Source: an uncultured Nitrososphaerota archaeon (GTDB lineage: Archaea > Thermoproteota > Nitrososphaeria > Nitrososphaerales > Gagatemarchaeaceae). Taken from it: DNA of 64,000 nt. Below, piece by piece: positions 1-10,512 of the stretch (the stretch's first letter is position 1; the number at the start of each line of letters is the position of its first letter). A program made the translations under genes and the position numbers. Where the stretch lies: contig CAVRAG010000008.1 in assembly GCA_963718895.1 (NCBI GenBank), positions 1-64,000 on the forward strand, given 5' to 3'. Under the pieces are notes generated by a model. That model was not told the origin of the DNA, ran no database searches, and was given only the letters and a program-made list of their open reading frames with translations.

Positions 1-1466
1 CTACTTCCTTCCGCACACTCTGTACCATGAGTTCCGGCTGGGGACCTTTAGCCCAAGCCTTCATCAGCTGTTTGCGCTCAGCCAGATCTCGGGCTACCGG
101 TTCTCTGATTGGCTGCGCGTGTTGGGATGCGATCTCGAAGACATTCCCCGATTCCAGGTTCTTCTGCCTTCAAAGCGCACGATGCTACTCGATTCCTCTC
201 TGGTAGATGCTGATACGTGGATTCCTTGGTTCCGAAACCGCGCCCGCGGCGCTTCCGCGCCTCCGATTGCGCCTCTGGCACAGCTCCTGGAACTCACTGC
301 TCCCAGGCGACTTCGTTTCCTCTCCGAAATCGCCAATCGAGGCTTCTTGTACGCAAAGATTGGACGCCAAGATGCCCTTGCTTTCCCCGATCTGATTCCC
401 GGAAGCATTGTCCGTGTGAATCCAAGATTCTCGAACGGTCGTATACCTAAAACAAATGGCGCAACGTCCACCCAAATATTTCTGATCGAACACACCAAGG
501 GCCTCTTTTGTTGCCGCTTGCGTGTTGTCGAAAGGGCATCATCGTTCCGATCGGTACGTCGCTCTCTTATGCCCAAGTCGAACTGAAAGTTCCACGCGAG
601 GCGCGGATTGTGGGCGTTGCGGATCTCGAAATTCGACCTATGCTTGGATCCGAGCAGCCGGAAGTTCCAAGGGATTTGGCAAAACATTGGAAGCCGCGAC
701 CGCTGTCACGAACAAGAAATGTGGTCAACTCCTCCGTGCGTCACGTACCAAGCAGCGTCTATCTCTGCGGGAGGTGGCGGGAATGAGTCGCAACATCGCA
801 GGTCTGCTTGGGGATGGAAGATATTTTGTTTCTCCCAGTTCTCTTTGCGATTACGAGCTTTTTAACGCGCCACCGCGTCACTTTCACAAGGCGATTACTC
901 TCTGCTCGCTCTACGGTCTGCAGTTCCACGTGTTTCTGAACGCGATCGGAATTGTCTTGGCTGAAGCCGGTACGGAGCCGATACCGGACCATCTCGCTCG
1001 CAGAGTGCTAGACATGGAGTCCGTCGAAAACTCGGACCACAACGACTTGCCAGGCCAGAGCGGATTCCTTGAGCAGATGCTTGAACGATGCGAGGAAATT
1101 CCGTTCTTCCTGCGGGAGTCCATCGGGCCATTGTCTGGCCTGGAAGACGCTTCTCTGGACGACTTGTTCTGGATCGGCGGCGAATATGATGTCCTTCATC
1201 CTTGCCTGGCCAACGGGCTGTTTGCCCTCGTGAACCGTCGCGATAAGAGGCCAATCCATTTCACGTCGAAACCGGCCTGGCAACAGCCGGTGTATGTGAT
1301 CCAAATGCGCGACGGAACATACTTGTGTGCATGTTGTGGCATCGAGAACGGGACGCTGGTCATCCATCCGTATTCCCCGCAGTTCCGTCGTTCTGAACAT
1401 TTGCGCTACCACCACGATGCCGAGGTCGTCGGCCGAATTGTCACGGTGATAAGAAAGCTTGGCTGA
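1..1466 (+). CDS. Putative transcriptional regulator with two tandem (XRE-like HTH + S24/LexA-C-terminal-like) units; 5'-truncated, two apparent frameshifts (~530, ~710)
   Basis: Joined from ORFs 119-586, 508-786 and 522-1466. HTH-like LSLREVAGMSRNIA. Internal repeat: YFLPHTLYH..PSLHQLFALSQISGYRFSDWLRVLG vs YFVSPSSLCDY..PRHFHKAITLCSLYGLQFHVFLNAIG. The units end in S24-like EARIVGVADLEIR and DAEVVGRIVTVIR. Confidence 0.6.
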
Positions 1467-1622
1467 TCTTGTCGGTTTGCCGGACAAATGGAATCGCTGT
1501 CCTGCACACGAATCCTACTGATTGCTGGGAAAACCTACGTAGTTGAGCGAAAAGCGAACGCTTCACTCATTTTATGGACAAGCTTTCCGTATCTGGCTAA
1601 CCTCGGTCGTCAGGTGTGACTG

Positions 1623-3422
1623 TTGTCCTCTCTCTCTCATGAACGAAGCCGTTGGAAGTCCTGGGTACCGAGCGAACTCAAATGGCTTTCAAGACAGATT
1701 CGACCGCTGTTGCACTGGCATCTGGCTAGTTTTCTGTGCATCACCGCCGGCAGTCTTCTAGCACTTCTCACTCCGCTCGTACTCAAGTGGCTCATCGATC
1801 AGATCATCCCGCAGAGAAAGATGGGATTGCTCCTATTAGCGGTTGGCCTGATCTTTCTCGGCTACCAGGGCAGGATGGCGCTCACGAGCCTGGGCAGTTA
1901 CTTGATGCTGACTGCCGCCCAAAAGCTCACCCTCATGTTGAGAATGAGCCTACTTGGACGCCTCGACACGCTCTCTGCCGAGTATTACGAAGACACGCCG
2001 GTCGGCAGCGTAATGTACCCGCTCAAAGAGCCGATCGAAGAGGTCTCGTATTTCGGGTCCGACCTCCTGCCCGCAATCTTGCGCATGTTCCTGACGGCCA
2101 GCTTCACGCTGGTGACTATGTTCGTGCTCAGTCCTGTGCTTACGCTGGCCGTTCTCCCTCTCGTCCCGGTCTTTCTGATCGCGCGGCAGCACTTCCGCCG
2201 AAGGCTCGCGGCTAACGCGGACACCGTGCAGAGCAATCGGCTGGCGTGGAGCACATTCCTTGAGGAACATCTTTCCTCGGTGATTCCGATTCAACTGTTG
2301 GGACAAGAAAAACGCCAGGAACGAAGGGCCTTCCGGCTCCTGGCTCGTGGAGTCAGGTCACAACAAAAGCTATTCACTACCAGCGTTTGGTTTACGGTAT
2401 GGAGTTCCATGGCGGTTGTTTTGGCCATGTGCGCGGTCATTGGCTACGGCGGCGAGATGGTGCTGTCAGGAACCTTAAGCGTCGGCGGGCTTGTGGCCTT
2501 CTATGGCTTGGTTACGCAACTCTTTGATCCTCTCAGTGGCGCCGCCGATCTCTACGCGAGAGCACAGAAAACCTTCGCCAGTGTCCGGCAGTTAAAGTCC
2601 GGGCTTGAGTTACGCCCGAGCGTGACGAATGCCGCTGCTGCCGTTTGTCTTTCACGGGAGCATCCTCCCCAGATTGATTTTGCCGAGGTTGGGTTTGGAT
2701 ATCGAAGGCAAAAAAACATGCTTCACATCCCCTCGCTTCGAATCTTGCCGGGCGAACAGGTTGCCATCGCTGGGGAGAACGGTGCCGGAAAGAGCACCCT
2801 TGCAAAACTCATAGCACGACTCTACGACCCTGATTCCGGGTCGATTCGCATCGGAAACGTAGATATCCGGAACATTCAACTCAAGGATCTGCGCCGGTAC
2901 GTCTGCTATCTGCCGCGCGACCCCGTTCTGTTCGATGGAACGTTGTCCTTCAACCTTCGCTTTGTGCGGCCGGCAGCGCCTGACGATGAACTACAAGAAG
3001 CCATTCGCAGCGTGGGGCTCTCGCAATTTGTTGCAGCATTGCCCGATGGCTTACGCCAACGGATCGGACCCGGAGGCTGCCAACTTTCCGGTGGTCAGCG
3101 CCAACGACTCGCCCTCGCAAGAGCGATTCTGCAGCAACCTCGGATTTTGATATTGGATGAGGCAACTTCCTGTCTGGATCCTTCTTCAGAGAGAGTCGTT
3201 CTTGGGAACATTCGCCGTGGCCTCACAGCGTCAACGCTGATTGTCATCTCGCACCGCCCTTCAACATTCTCCACATTCGGCAGACTTCTTGTTCTTTCCC
3301 GCGGAGAAATCGTTGAAGACGGCAATCCCCATTCCCTCAAGTTTGCTTCGAGTCGCCCCTCCAACCAATCTTTTTCCACAGCCTCTACCATCGACGAAAA
3401 TCTCCGAGAGACTTCTCTGTAA
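1623..3422 (+). CDS. ABC exporter, fused permease + ATPase (lasso D-type, no C39 domain)
   Basis: N-terminal TM helices, Walker A GENGAGKS, signature LSGGQRQR, Walker B ILILDEAT, H-loop ISHR. Confidence 0.93.
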   Translation: MSSLSHERSRWKSWVPSELKWLSRQIRPLLHWHLASFLCITAGSLLALLTPLVLKWLIDQIIPQRKMGLLLLAVGLIFLGYQGRMALTSLGSYLMLTAAQKLTLMLRMSLLGRLDTLSAEYYEDTPVGSVMYPLKEPIEEVSYFGSDLLPAILRMFLTASFTLVTMFVLSPVLTLAVLPLVPVFLIARQHFRRRLAANADTVQSNRLAWSTFLEEHLSSVIPIQLLGQEKRQERRAFRLLARGVRSQQKLFTTSVWFTVWSSMAVVLAMCAVIGYGGEMVLSGTLSVGGLVAFYGLVTQLFDPLSGAADLYARAQKTFASVRQLKSGLELRPSVTNAAAAVCLSREHPPQIDFAEVGFGYRRQKNMLHIPSLRILPGEQVAIAGENGAGKSTLAKLIARLYDPDSGSIRIGNVDIRNIQLKDLRRYVCYLPRDPVLFDGTLSFNLRFVRPAAPDDELQEAIRSVGLSQFVAALPDGLRQRIGPGGCQLSGGQRQRLALARAILQQPRILILDEATSCLDPSSERVVLGNIRRGLTASTLIVISHRPSTFSTFGRLLVLSRGEIVEDGNPHSLKFASSRPSNQSFSTASTIDENLRETSL

Positions 3423-3681
3423 ATACAAGCTGCGTCGGACTTTGTTCCTTGCAGCCCTATCGTAGGGGACTTCAGCAACGGCAATGCTGATTAAAAAGCG
3501 GACACTTTGATTTTTTCCACACAAGAAATCTGAAACGCATCTTGTTGTCATTAAGCAACTTCTCTTCGCGCATGTTGGTTTACCGAACCTTTTCACCTTT
3601 TACTGGCTTTCAGGTGGCGAAGGGTGGCACAGTGCGCTCCAGGCATCCGACTCATTACAAGAAACAAGGGATGGGGCGGCA

Positions 3682-3957
3682 ATGTACAGAGTTTCTGACA
3701 CGGTGCGCAGCACACACAACCAGGACGGCGCAATTGTGCTGGATGTCCGGCAAGGTCAGATGTTCAACCTCAACTTCGTTGGATCGCGAATCCTCGAACT
3801 TCTCAAGAGTGGGTCCACCGAATCAGCGATTGTCGATGAGATCAGCCGGGAGTTCGGCATTAGCCGGGATCTTGCCGAGAACGATGTGCGGGAATTTCTC
3901 CAGAACTTGAAGAAATGTCACCTGGTCGAAGAGCACGAATCGGGCGTGGCGGTCTGA
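3682..3957 (+). CDS. PqqD-family RiPP recognition element (lasso B1/E)
   Basis: 91 aa; DGAIVLDVRQGQMFNLNFVGSRILELL...DVREFLQNLKKCHLV matches the PqqD/RRE pattern; lies next to B2 and cyclase genes. Confidence 0.92.
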   Translation: MYRVSDTVRSTHNQDGAIVLDVRQGQMFNLNFVGSRILELLKSGSTESAIVDEISREFGISRDLAENDVREFLQNLKKCHLVEEHESGVAV

Positions 3958-3972
3958 GCTGGGACCAAGATC

Positions 3973-5372
3973 ATGGAATCGACACAACAATCCGATCGAG
4001 AGACCTATCGCGCCATTGTGCTCGGGCAGGGTGGGAATGAACTGCTTTTGGCGCCGGCTAGCGATGGTTTTCTTCTGCCCTCGGTCGAGATCCCGCGTTG
4101 GCAGCGAATTGCCGAGAACCTAACTGCTGCTATGAGGAACGAGTGGGGCCACGAAGTGGTCTGTCTTTTCAACCCGGATGTCAGCGCTCCGGCGCTTCTC
4201 CCAGCGGACACAACTACCAAGTCATGGAGTCCTACGGGCCAGTGGCAAAATCCAGCCCGCGGGCCGAGTGGGTTCGTGTCGCGTCCTTGTCGGAGGAAGT
4301 CTTCGTTGACCCGGCAGACTACATGGCAGTGCAACGATCTCTGGCTGAATGTGCCGGGTACTCGGATGGTGTAGCGCCAGGACCGTTCGCAAAACTCGGC
4401 TGGTTTGGAGAGTTGCAGGGATGGATCGAAGAAGTAATCGGGCCACTGGGATTCCATCTGACGGGAAGTTTTTCCCAGTTGAATGCAAGCCCGTCATTCA
4501 GCTTGGTTCGGTTCGAGACGAGCGGCCCCGCTGTATGGTTCAAGGCTGTCGGCAAACCTAATCTTCGCGAATTTCCGATCACACTTGCGCTGGCAAGACT
4601 TCTCCCGCAATACCTTCCGCCGATTCTTGCTGCGCGGCCGGAATGGAATGGGTGGCTGGCCTTGGAGGTCGAGGGCACCAATCTCGGCGAGACTCAAGAC
4701 ACTCGCCATTGGAACGTTGCAGCGTCAGCCTTGGCAAAGCTGCAAATTGAATCCACTGACAGAATTGGGGTGCTCATCAACTCGGGTGCACGAGATCTTA
4801 GGGCGTCCGCCTTGTTGAAGCTGGTCCGCCCATTCCTGGATGCCATGGGTCAACTCATGGAAAAGCAGACCAAGGTTCCACCACCCGTTCTGTCGAGGAG
4901 CGAACTCATATTGCTCGGAGAACAGATCGAAGAGGCACTCTCTTTAAGCGCAGATTTGGGGATACCCGATGCGCTGGGACATCTCGACCTCAATCCCGGA
5001 AACGTGATTGTGTCTGAGGGCCAGTGCGTATTCCTGGACTGGGCCGAAGCATACGTGGGAAATCCGTTATTCAGCTTCCAATATCTCGTTGAACACTTTC
5101 GGCGCATGGCCGGCGTGGACGCGACAGCCGAGTCGGGCCTGACCAGCGCCTATGCCGAGGAGTGGCAGTCATTGGTCTCGCCCGAAAACCTGCAAGGAGC
5201 TTTGGCTTTCACGCCGATGCTGGCGGTCTTTGCCTATGCGGTCGCGACCGATGCGTGGGGCGACCAGGCCAGACTTCAAGACCCCAAGGTTGCCGGATAT
5301 CTGCGGAGTTTGACGCGGCGGATGCATCGCGAAGCAAACCGATTGAGGGACCAGTTGCAGTTGCCCATGTGA
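3973..5372 (+). CDS. Aminoglycoside-phosphotransferase/choline-kinase-like kinase with NUDIX-like N-terminus (one frameshift ~4195)
   Basis: Joined from ORFs 3973-4374 and 4098-5372. VWFKA lysine motif, Brenner motif HLDLNPGN, metal-binding FLDWAEA. Confidence 0.8.
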
Positions 5373-5389
5373 AATGGAGGTTCCTTGCC

Positions 5390-5764
5390 ATGTCAATTAT
5401 TGTCCTGCGAGCGTACGTGAAGCTGATTCAGTTCGACCTGTACCTGGCACGCGGGAATTTCGCCGCACTCTACGACAAAGTCCACCGCCACCCACTTGGC
5501 AACAAAGCGGCGTCTGCGAATGCAATCGAACAGATCTGTTCTGCGGTGGACATGGCTTGCATCTGGTATTGGAAAGAAGCATTGTGCCTGCAGCGTTCGG
5601 CAGCTACGGCATGTCTTCTCAAGAGGTATGGTGTTCCAGCTCAACTAGTCATCGGCGCACAGCAGATCCCATTTAAGGCCCATGCGTGGGTCGAGGTGAA
5701 CGGCGCCGTGGTCAACGACAAATCATACACGCGCGAAATGTACGCAGTGCTCGACCGATGCTAG
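5390..5764 (+). CDS. Lasso peptide leader peptidase (B2, transglutaminase-like)
   Basis: Cys-His-Asp motifs CLQRSAA, KAHAWVE, VVND. GGAGG RBS at 5376-5380 precedes ATG 5390. Confidence 0.92.
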   Translation: MSIIVLRAYVKLIQFDLYLARGNFAALYDKVHRHPLGNKAASANAIEQICSAVDMACIWYWKEALCLQRSAATACLLKRYGVPAQLVIGAQQIPFKAHAWVEVNGAVVNDKSYTREMYAVLDRC

Positions 5765-5785
5765 GTAGAAGCCAGGAGCGAAATT

Positions 5786-7747
5786 ATGAGTGTCATCTTT
5801 GGCAGATGGAATTTCGATGGCAAATCGCCAACACCACAGTACCTCCATAACGTCCGCGCAATACTCTCTCCATACGCACCGGATGGCGGCCATTCCTATT
5901 CGAGCAACGACATAAGCATTCTTTACCACGCCTTCCACACGACGCGGGACTCCCGCCAAGAAGCGCAGCCGCTTGTGACACAATCCGGGCTCGTTGTCAC
6001 GTGGGACGGACGCCTCGACAATCGTCAGGAACTCATACACGAGTGTAACGAGATGCTTCCGAAAGACCCGCCGGACGTTTTAATTGTTGCTGCGGCCTAT
6101 GAACTGTGGGGGACAAAATGCTTGGCGAAGATTACTGGAGACTGGGCACTCTCAGTCTGGAGCCCCGACGATCGTTCCCTCGTTCTCGCCAAGGACATTG
6201 TCGGCACCCGCCCTCTCTTCTACTCAATCGAGAAAAGCGAGATTACATGGAGCACGATTCTTGACCCGCTCGTTTTGTACGCCGACAAGTCATTTGTGCT
6301 TGACGAGGAATACGTTGCTGGCTGGTTGTCCTCATTTCCGGCCCCTCATTTGACGCCATATGTGGGAATCCATTCCGTCCCGCCATCATCCTTCGTTCAT
6401 TTGCAAAACGGGAAGCAGATAGTCAGACAATATTGGGATTTTGATCCGGCCAAACGTATTCGATACCGCACCGATGCTGAATATGAAGAACATTTCCGCG
6501 TTGTCTTCGCAGAATCCTTGCGGCGGCGACTCCGATCCGACTCGCCCATTCTTGCTGAGCTAAGCGGCGGAATGGATTCGTCTTCGATCGTGTGTATGGC
6601 GGATACCGTGATCGATCGTGGAGCTGCGGATACTCCGCGCCTCGACACTCTCTCTTACTACAACGACTCCGAACCCAACTGGAATGAGCGCCCTTACTTC
6701 ACCAAGGTTGAGGAGAAACGTGGTCGTACGGGACACCACATCGATATTGGTTTGGATGAGTCTTCCGCTTGCGGCATAGAGATAGAAGACGACCGTTTTA
6801 TGGCAGCGCCAGGCTCTTACGGTCGCCACGCCCCAAAGTCTGCCAGGGAATACGTGGTTTGGCTCGCGTCATCGGGCTATCGCGTTGTGCTGTCCGGCAT
6901 TGGCGGCGACGAAGTCACTGGGGGCGTTCCGTCACCGGCGCCCGAACTTGGCGATCTCCTAACTAGAGCGCGAATACCTGACTTCGCGCATCAGTTGAAA
7001 GTGTGGGCCTTGACGAAAAGGAGGCCATGGTTCCATCTGCTCTTTGAAGCCGTCCGCCCTTTCTTTTCCCCTAGTCTTTTCCGAAGTCCGGTTCAGAGGC
7101 GTCCGGCCCCCTGGCTTGAGCCGTCCTTCATCAGAAGAAATTACCCTGCCCTCACTGGTTATCAATCCCGGCTAAAGGTATTCGGACCTTTGCCAACCTT
7201 CCAAGAGAATCTGAATGCCCTCAACAGTCTGCGGCGCCAGATGGGATGCTCTGCTCTGTCATGCGAGCCTCCGTATGATATGCGTTACCCCTTCCTCGAT
7301 CGTGATCTATTGAAGTTCTTGTACGCAGTTCCACGGGAACAAATCTTGCGCCCAGGTCAGCGTCGCTCCTTGCTACGTCGGGCGCTTGCCGGTGTCGTGC
7401 CTGACGAAATTCTGAACAGGAAGAGAAAGGCCTATGTGGTCCGATCCGCACTAGCTGCTGTTTCGTCGGGCTGGGAAAGTCTCGCGGCGACCAACCAAGA
7501 GATGATCAGCAGTGTGCTCGAAATAGTGGATCAAGCAGGAGTTCTGGAAGCGTTAAAAGACGCCAGGAGAGGGTTCGAGGTTCCAGTGGTACTTCTGTTG
7601 AGGACAATCGCCATCGAAGCATGGCTCAGAGCACTGGAGAGTCGCCGGCAGTTGTACAGCCATCCACAGACGACCACTCAGAATTCCTCTCGCCTTGACG
7701 CGCGACTTATGTCGCATCCTGTCCGACAAAAAAGCTCAGCTAGCTAG
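5786..7747 (+). CDS. Lasso cyclase (asparagine synthetase-like, C protein)
   Basis: ELSGGMDSSSI PP-loop, SGIGGDE, RYPFLDRDL. Starts MSVIFG, so it lacks the catalytic Cys of true AsnB glutaminase domains. Confidence 0.92.
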   Translation: MSVIFGRWNFDGKSPTPQYLHNVRAILSPYAPDGGHSYSSNDISILYHAFHTTRDSRQEAQPLVTQSGLVVTWDGRLDNRQELIHECNEMLPKDPPDVLIVAAAYELWGTKCLAKITGDWALSVWSPDDRSLVLAKDIVGTRPLFYSIEKSEITWSTILDPLVLYADKSFVLDEEYVAGWLSSFPAPHLTPYVGIHSVPPSSFVHLQNGKQIVRQYWDFDPAKRIRYRTDAEYEEHFRVVFAESLRRRLRSDSPILAELSGGMDSSSIVCMADTVIDRGAADTPRLDTLSYYNDSEPNWNERPYFTKVEEKRGRTGHHIDIGLDESSACGIEIEDDRFMAAPGSYGRHAPKSAREYVVWLASSGYRVVLSGIGGDEVTGGVPSPAPELGDLLTRARIPDFAHQLKVWALTKRRPWFHLLFEAVRPFFSPSLFRSPVQRRPAPWLEPSFIRRNYPALTGYQSRLKVFGPLPTFQENLNALNSLRRQMGCSALSCEPPYDMRYPFLDRDLLKFLYAVPREQILRPGQRRSLLRRALAGVVPDEILNRKRKAYVVRSALAAVSSGWESLAATNQEMISSVLEIVDQAGVLEALKDARRGFEVPVVLLLRTIAIEAWLRALESRRQLYSHPQTTTQNSSRLDARLMSHPVRQKSSAS

Positions 7748-7786
7748 CTGTGAACGTGAATGCGAAAAAGAAAGGAGGTGAATACA

Positions 7787-7921
7787 ATGAAATATCAAAA
7801 GCCGGAAATCCGAACGGTCGTGTCAGCTCTGGATGCGGTACAGGCAATGGAGAAAGTAATCCTGCCGCATCCCGATAACACGGGCCTCCGGACTGAATCA
7901 GCATATCAAGCCGACGAGTAA
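7787..7921 (+). CDS. RiPP precursor peptide, 44 aa: MKYQKPEIRTVVSALDAVQAMEKVILPHPDNTGLRTESAYQADE
   Basis: Translated by hand (below the ORF-track cutoff). Strong RBS AAGGAGGTG at 7772-7780. YxxPxI RRE-binding leader motif. Directly after the cyclase and followed by a hairpin. Confidence 0.9.
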   Translation: MKYQKPEIRTVVSALDAVQAMEKVILPHPDNTGLRTESAYQADE

Positions 7922-7933
7922 GTGGCTTCAACA

Positions 7934-7970
7934 GCGCCGGAGTATTCGGCACAATCGAGTGCTCCGGCGC
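7934..7970 (+). terminator. GC-rich hairpin after the precursor (terminator or mRNA-stabilising stem between convergent genes)
   Basis: GCGCCGGAGTATTCG-N7-CGAGTGCTCCGGCGC, a 15-bp stem with two G-U pairs; no clear U-tract. Confidence 0.6.
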
Positions 7971-8048
7971 AAATAATTCAATTCGCAGCTCAAGTTCACA
8001 ACCGACTGAGCTCTCGGCCGAGATTTGGTGGGGGTTACGACCACACAG

Positions 8049-10390
8049 TCAGTCCTTCAGGTATTTGTCGAACCAAGCAATCACGCGATTGCAAAAATCA
8101 AGTTGGTTTGCGTAGCTCCAGAAAAGTTGCGTATGGTCTTCGCCTTCGTACTTAGCATAGTCGACTCGCTTGCCGAGCCTCCGCAAGGCTACGAAGAGTT
8201 CGTCGCCAAGAAAGGAAGCAACGGCAATGTCCTCCGATCCATGGACAATCAAAAGAGGTGTCTCTGTTGGATTCAGATAAAAAATGGGTGAGTTCTCCAC
8301 ATATCTGTCGCGGGAATCCCAAGGGTACCCCCCATCAAAGCTTGCCCGTGTTCTATCACTGAAGTTCCGTAGGCCGTCCCACTCTTGTCCATCTCCGTCG
8401 AACCGAAGAGATCTCCGGGACCATCTGCTTCCACGGCTGCTTTGAATCGCTTGGTCTGAACGATCAAGGAGAGCGTGCTGTAGCCCCCAAAGCTTTGCCC
8501 GATTACCCCGAGCCTCTCCGGATCTGCTATTCCCATTTCGATTACCTTATTAATTCCAGGCAGGATGGTCTTTCCTAAATCCGCCATCGGGGTGCCCAGA
8601 CGAAGCGGTGCATCAGGGAAGAGCACCGCGTAACCACGCGTCGCGAACAATTGCATGTTAAAAGTTCCGGAGCCTTCGAGTCCAAATTGATTGAAGTGGT
8701 TGGAGAGCGAGCCTCCTCCATAGACCCAAACCAGCAGCGGAAAATGCTTTCCTTCCTGGAAACCGACTGGTAACAGGAGCGCGCCGTGCAGCGCTTCCCC
8801 ATCGTCGCTCAACCAACTGATCAGTCGCGCCTCGCCCATCTTGTACTTGTCGAATTGCGGGTTGAGACGTGTCAATTGTCGCGGATTGCGAAACAATGCG
8901 TCGCTTATCCATAAATTTGATTCGTGCTGGGCGTCCTCCACGAAATAGATGATTTGTTTCTCATCCCGCGCGGACCCGGTAAATCCACCCTCGCTCAAAT
9001 TCATGCAGGTGAAGCACTGTTGTCGTTCTAGAAGTTTTGCACTTGAGCCGTCCGCCAAATTGATCTTATAAAATCCGTCTTGTTTACCCGAGTCGTCATG
9101 GGTCACGACGATGGTTGACGTTGCTCCGTCGGCTGTCCACAAGAAACCTGCCGTGCGTGGTATGAGTTGACTAATCTCCCGACCGGACACTTTGGCCACT
9201 TCGACAGCGTTCTTTTCTCCGAACGAGGTACGCCACAATGAGCCGTCGCGAATGAAATAAATTCTCCCCCTATCAGGGCCCCACAGGGGCGGTACTGGCT
9301 CGACTCGCTTCGCGCGTGGCGAAAAGTTTGTAAGATTTTTTGGACTTGTGCCGTCCATGCTGCCCAGAAAACAATCGTTTGTGTCTTCGTTCGGCCCAAT
9401 GCCCGAAAACACGAGATGTTGGCCATCGGGAGACCAACTGAATTGACCCCCGTCATAGTTCAACCTGATGTCGGAGGCGACCAGTTGTTCCTTTTTCGTT
9501 GACAGCGTCAGGATCACAAGATCGAATAGGGTTTGCTGCGAGCCTGGTCTCTCAAGGGATTTCGGTACCGTGTACGCGAGCTTTGAACCGTCCGGAGAAA
9601 GCAAAAAGGTACCGATCCTCCGCTGCTGAACGATGATCCTCGCGGTTCCCGTGACCACATCAATCGAGGCCAAATCACGCAGCCACAAATCCAGGTTCAT
9701 TGCATTGGACTTCGCGCCGTCGTGGGAATGCGATGCTGGGCTCCCCGATTGATATAGAACTACTGTTGACCCTGGTGTTCTCTCGGTTGTGGTTACAGTT
9801 TGATTTCCCGAAATTGAAGCAACTTTCGCCACGTATTCGTCAACCGAGAGACTGAGGAACCACGGGCACGATCATGCTCTCGCTGTCAGCCGTCCAGCCG
9901 AATTGGCCAAACTGTCTTACGGCAAGATCCGCAACCTTCTTGAGTTGGTCTTGGGTCGTGTCCAAACCCAGGGTCTCAATTGGCTGTCTCCGTCCCGATC
10001 GGCCAGGAAAGCGAGATAGCGCCCATTGGGCGACCACACTGGCAGAAAGTTATCCCCTACACCCCCGGTCAAATCTCTCGTCTCGCCCGTCTCGGTGTTT
10101 GCGATCCAGATGTCGGTTCCGGTGAAAACACCTCTAATACCGGAACGAATCCACATCTCGAAATCAACACTTCTGCTCTTCTGATTGCTCTTGATTGTAT
10201 AGGCAAGCCACTTTCCGTTCGGAGACAACTCAATTGGCATCAGTTCCGCGAATTCCGCCGTACCGAGAGCATCCTTTACGGATAAAGGCCGGGCCTCCTG
10301 CGCGACGATGGTGCGAGGGACCACAAAATACCATGTAATCAGGACTAGCGAGAAAAGGAATCGCCGCTTGCAAGCATTCTCTAAACGCAC
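8049..10390 (-). CDS. Secreted S9 (prolyl-oligopeptidase-like) peptidase, candidate lasso isopeptidase; about three frameshifts
   Basis: Joined from ORFs 9917-10390, 9840-10037, 8273-9832 and 8049-8300. Signal peptide, PD40/TolB-like WSPxG repeats, catalytic GQSFGG (Ser), VHGSED (Asp), EGEDH (His). Confidence 0.85.
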
Positions 10391-10512
10391 GAATGTGTCC
10401 CCCTGTGAACCTTGCTCGGATTGAAAGACCTGGTTGGACTTTTTGTCCTACGAACGATGAATAGTGCTCGGCCGTCCAGACGAAAATAGCGGTACGGGGC
10501 GCCAAATGACTC

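Noticed and set aside
3423-3681. Second precursor or sigma-54 promoter (TGGCAC at 3625)
   Set aside because: No YxxP ORF with an RBS, and the -12 TTGC element is absent.
5786-7747. Housekeeping asparagine synthetase AsnB
   Set aside because: It lacks the N-terminal catalytic Cys and sits with RRE, B2 and precursor genes.
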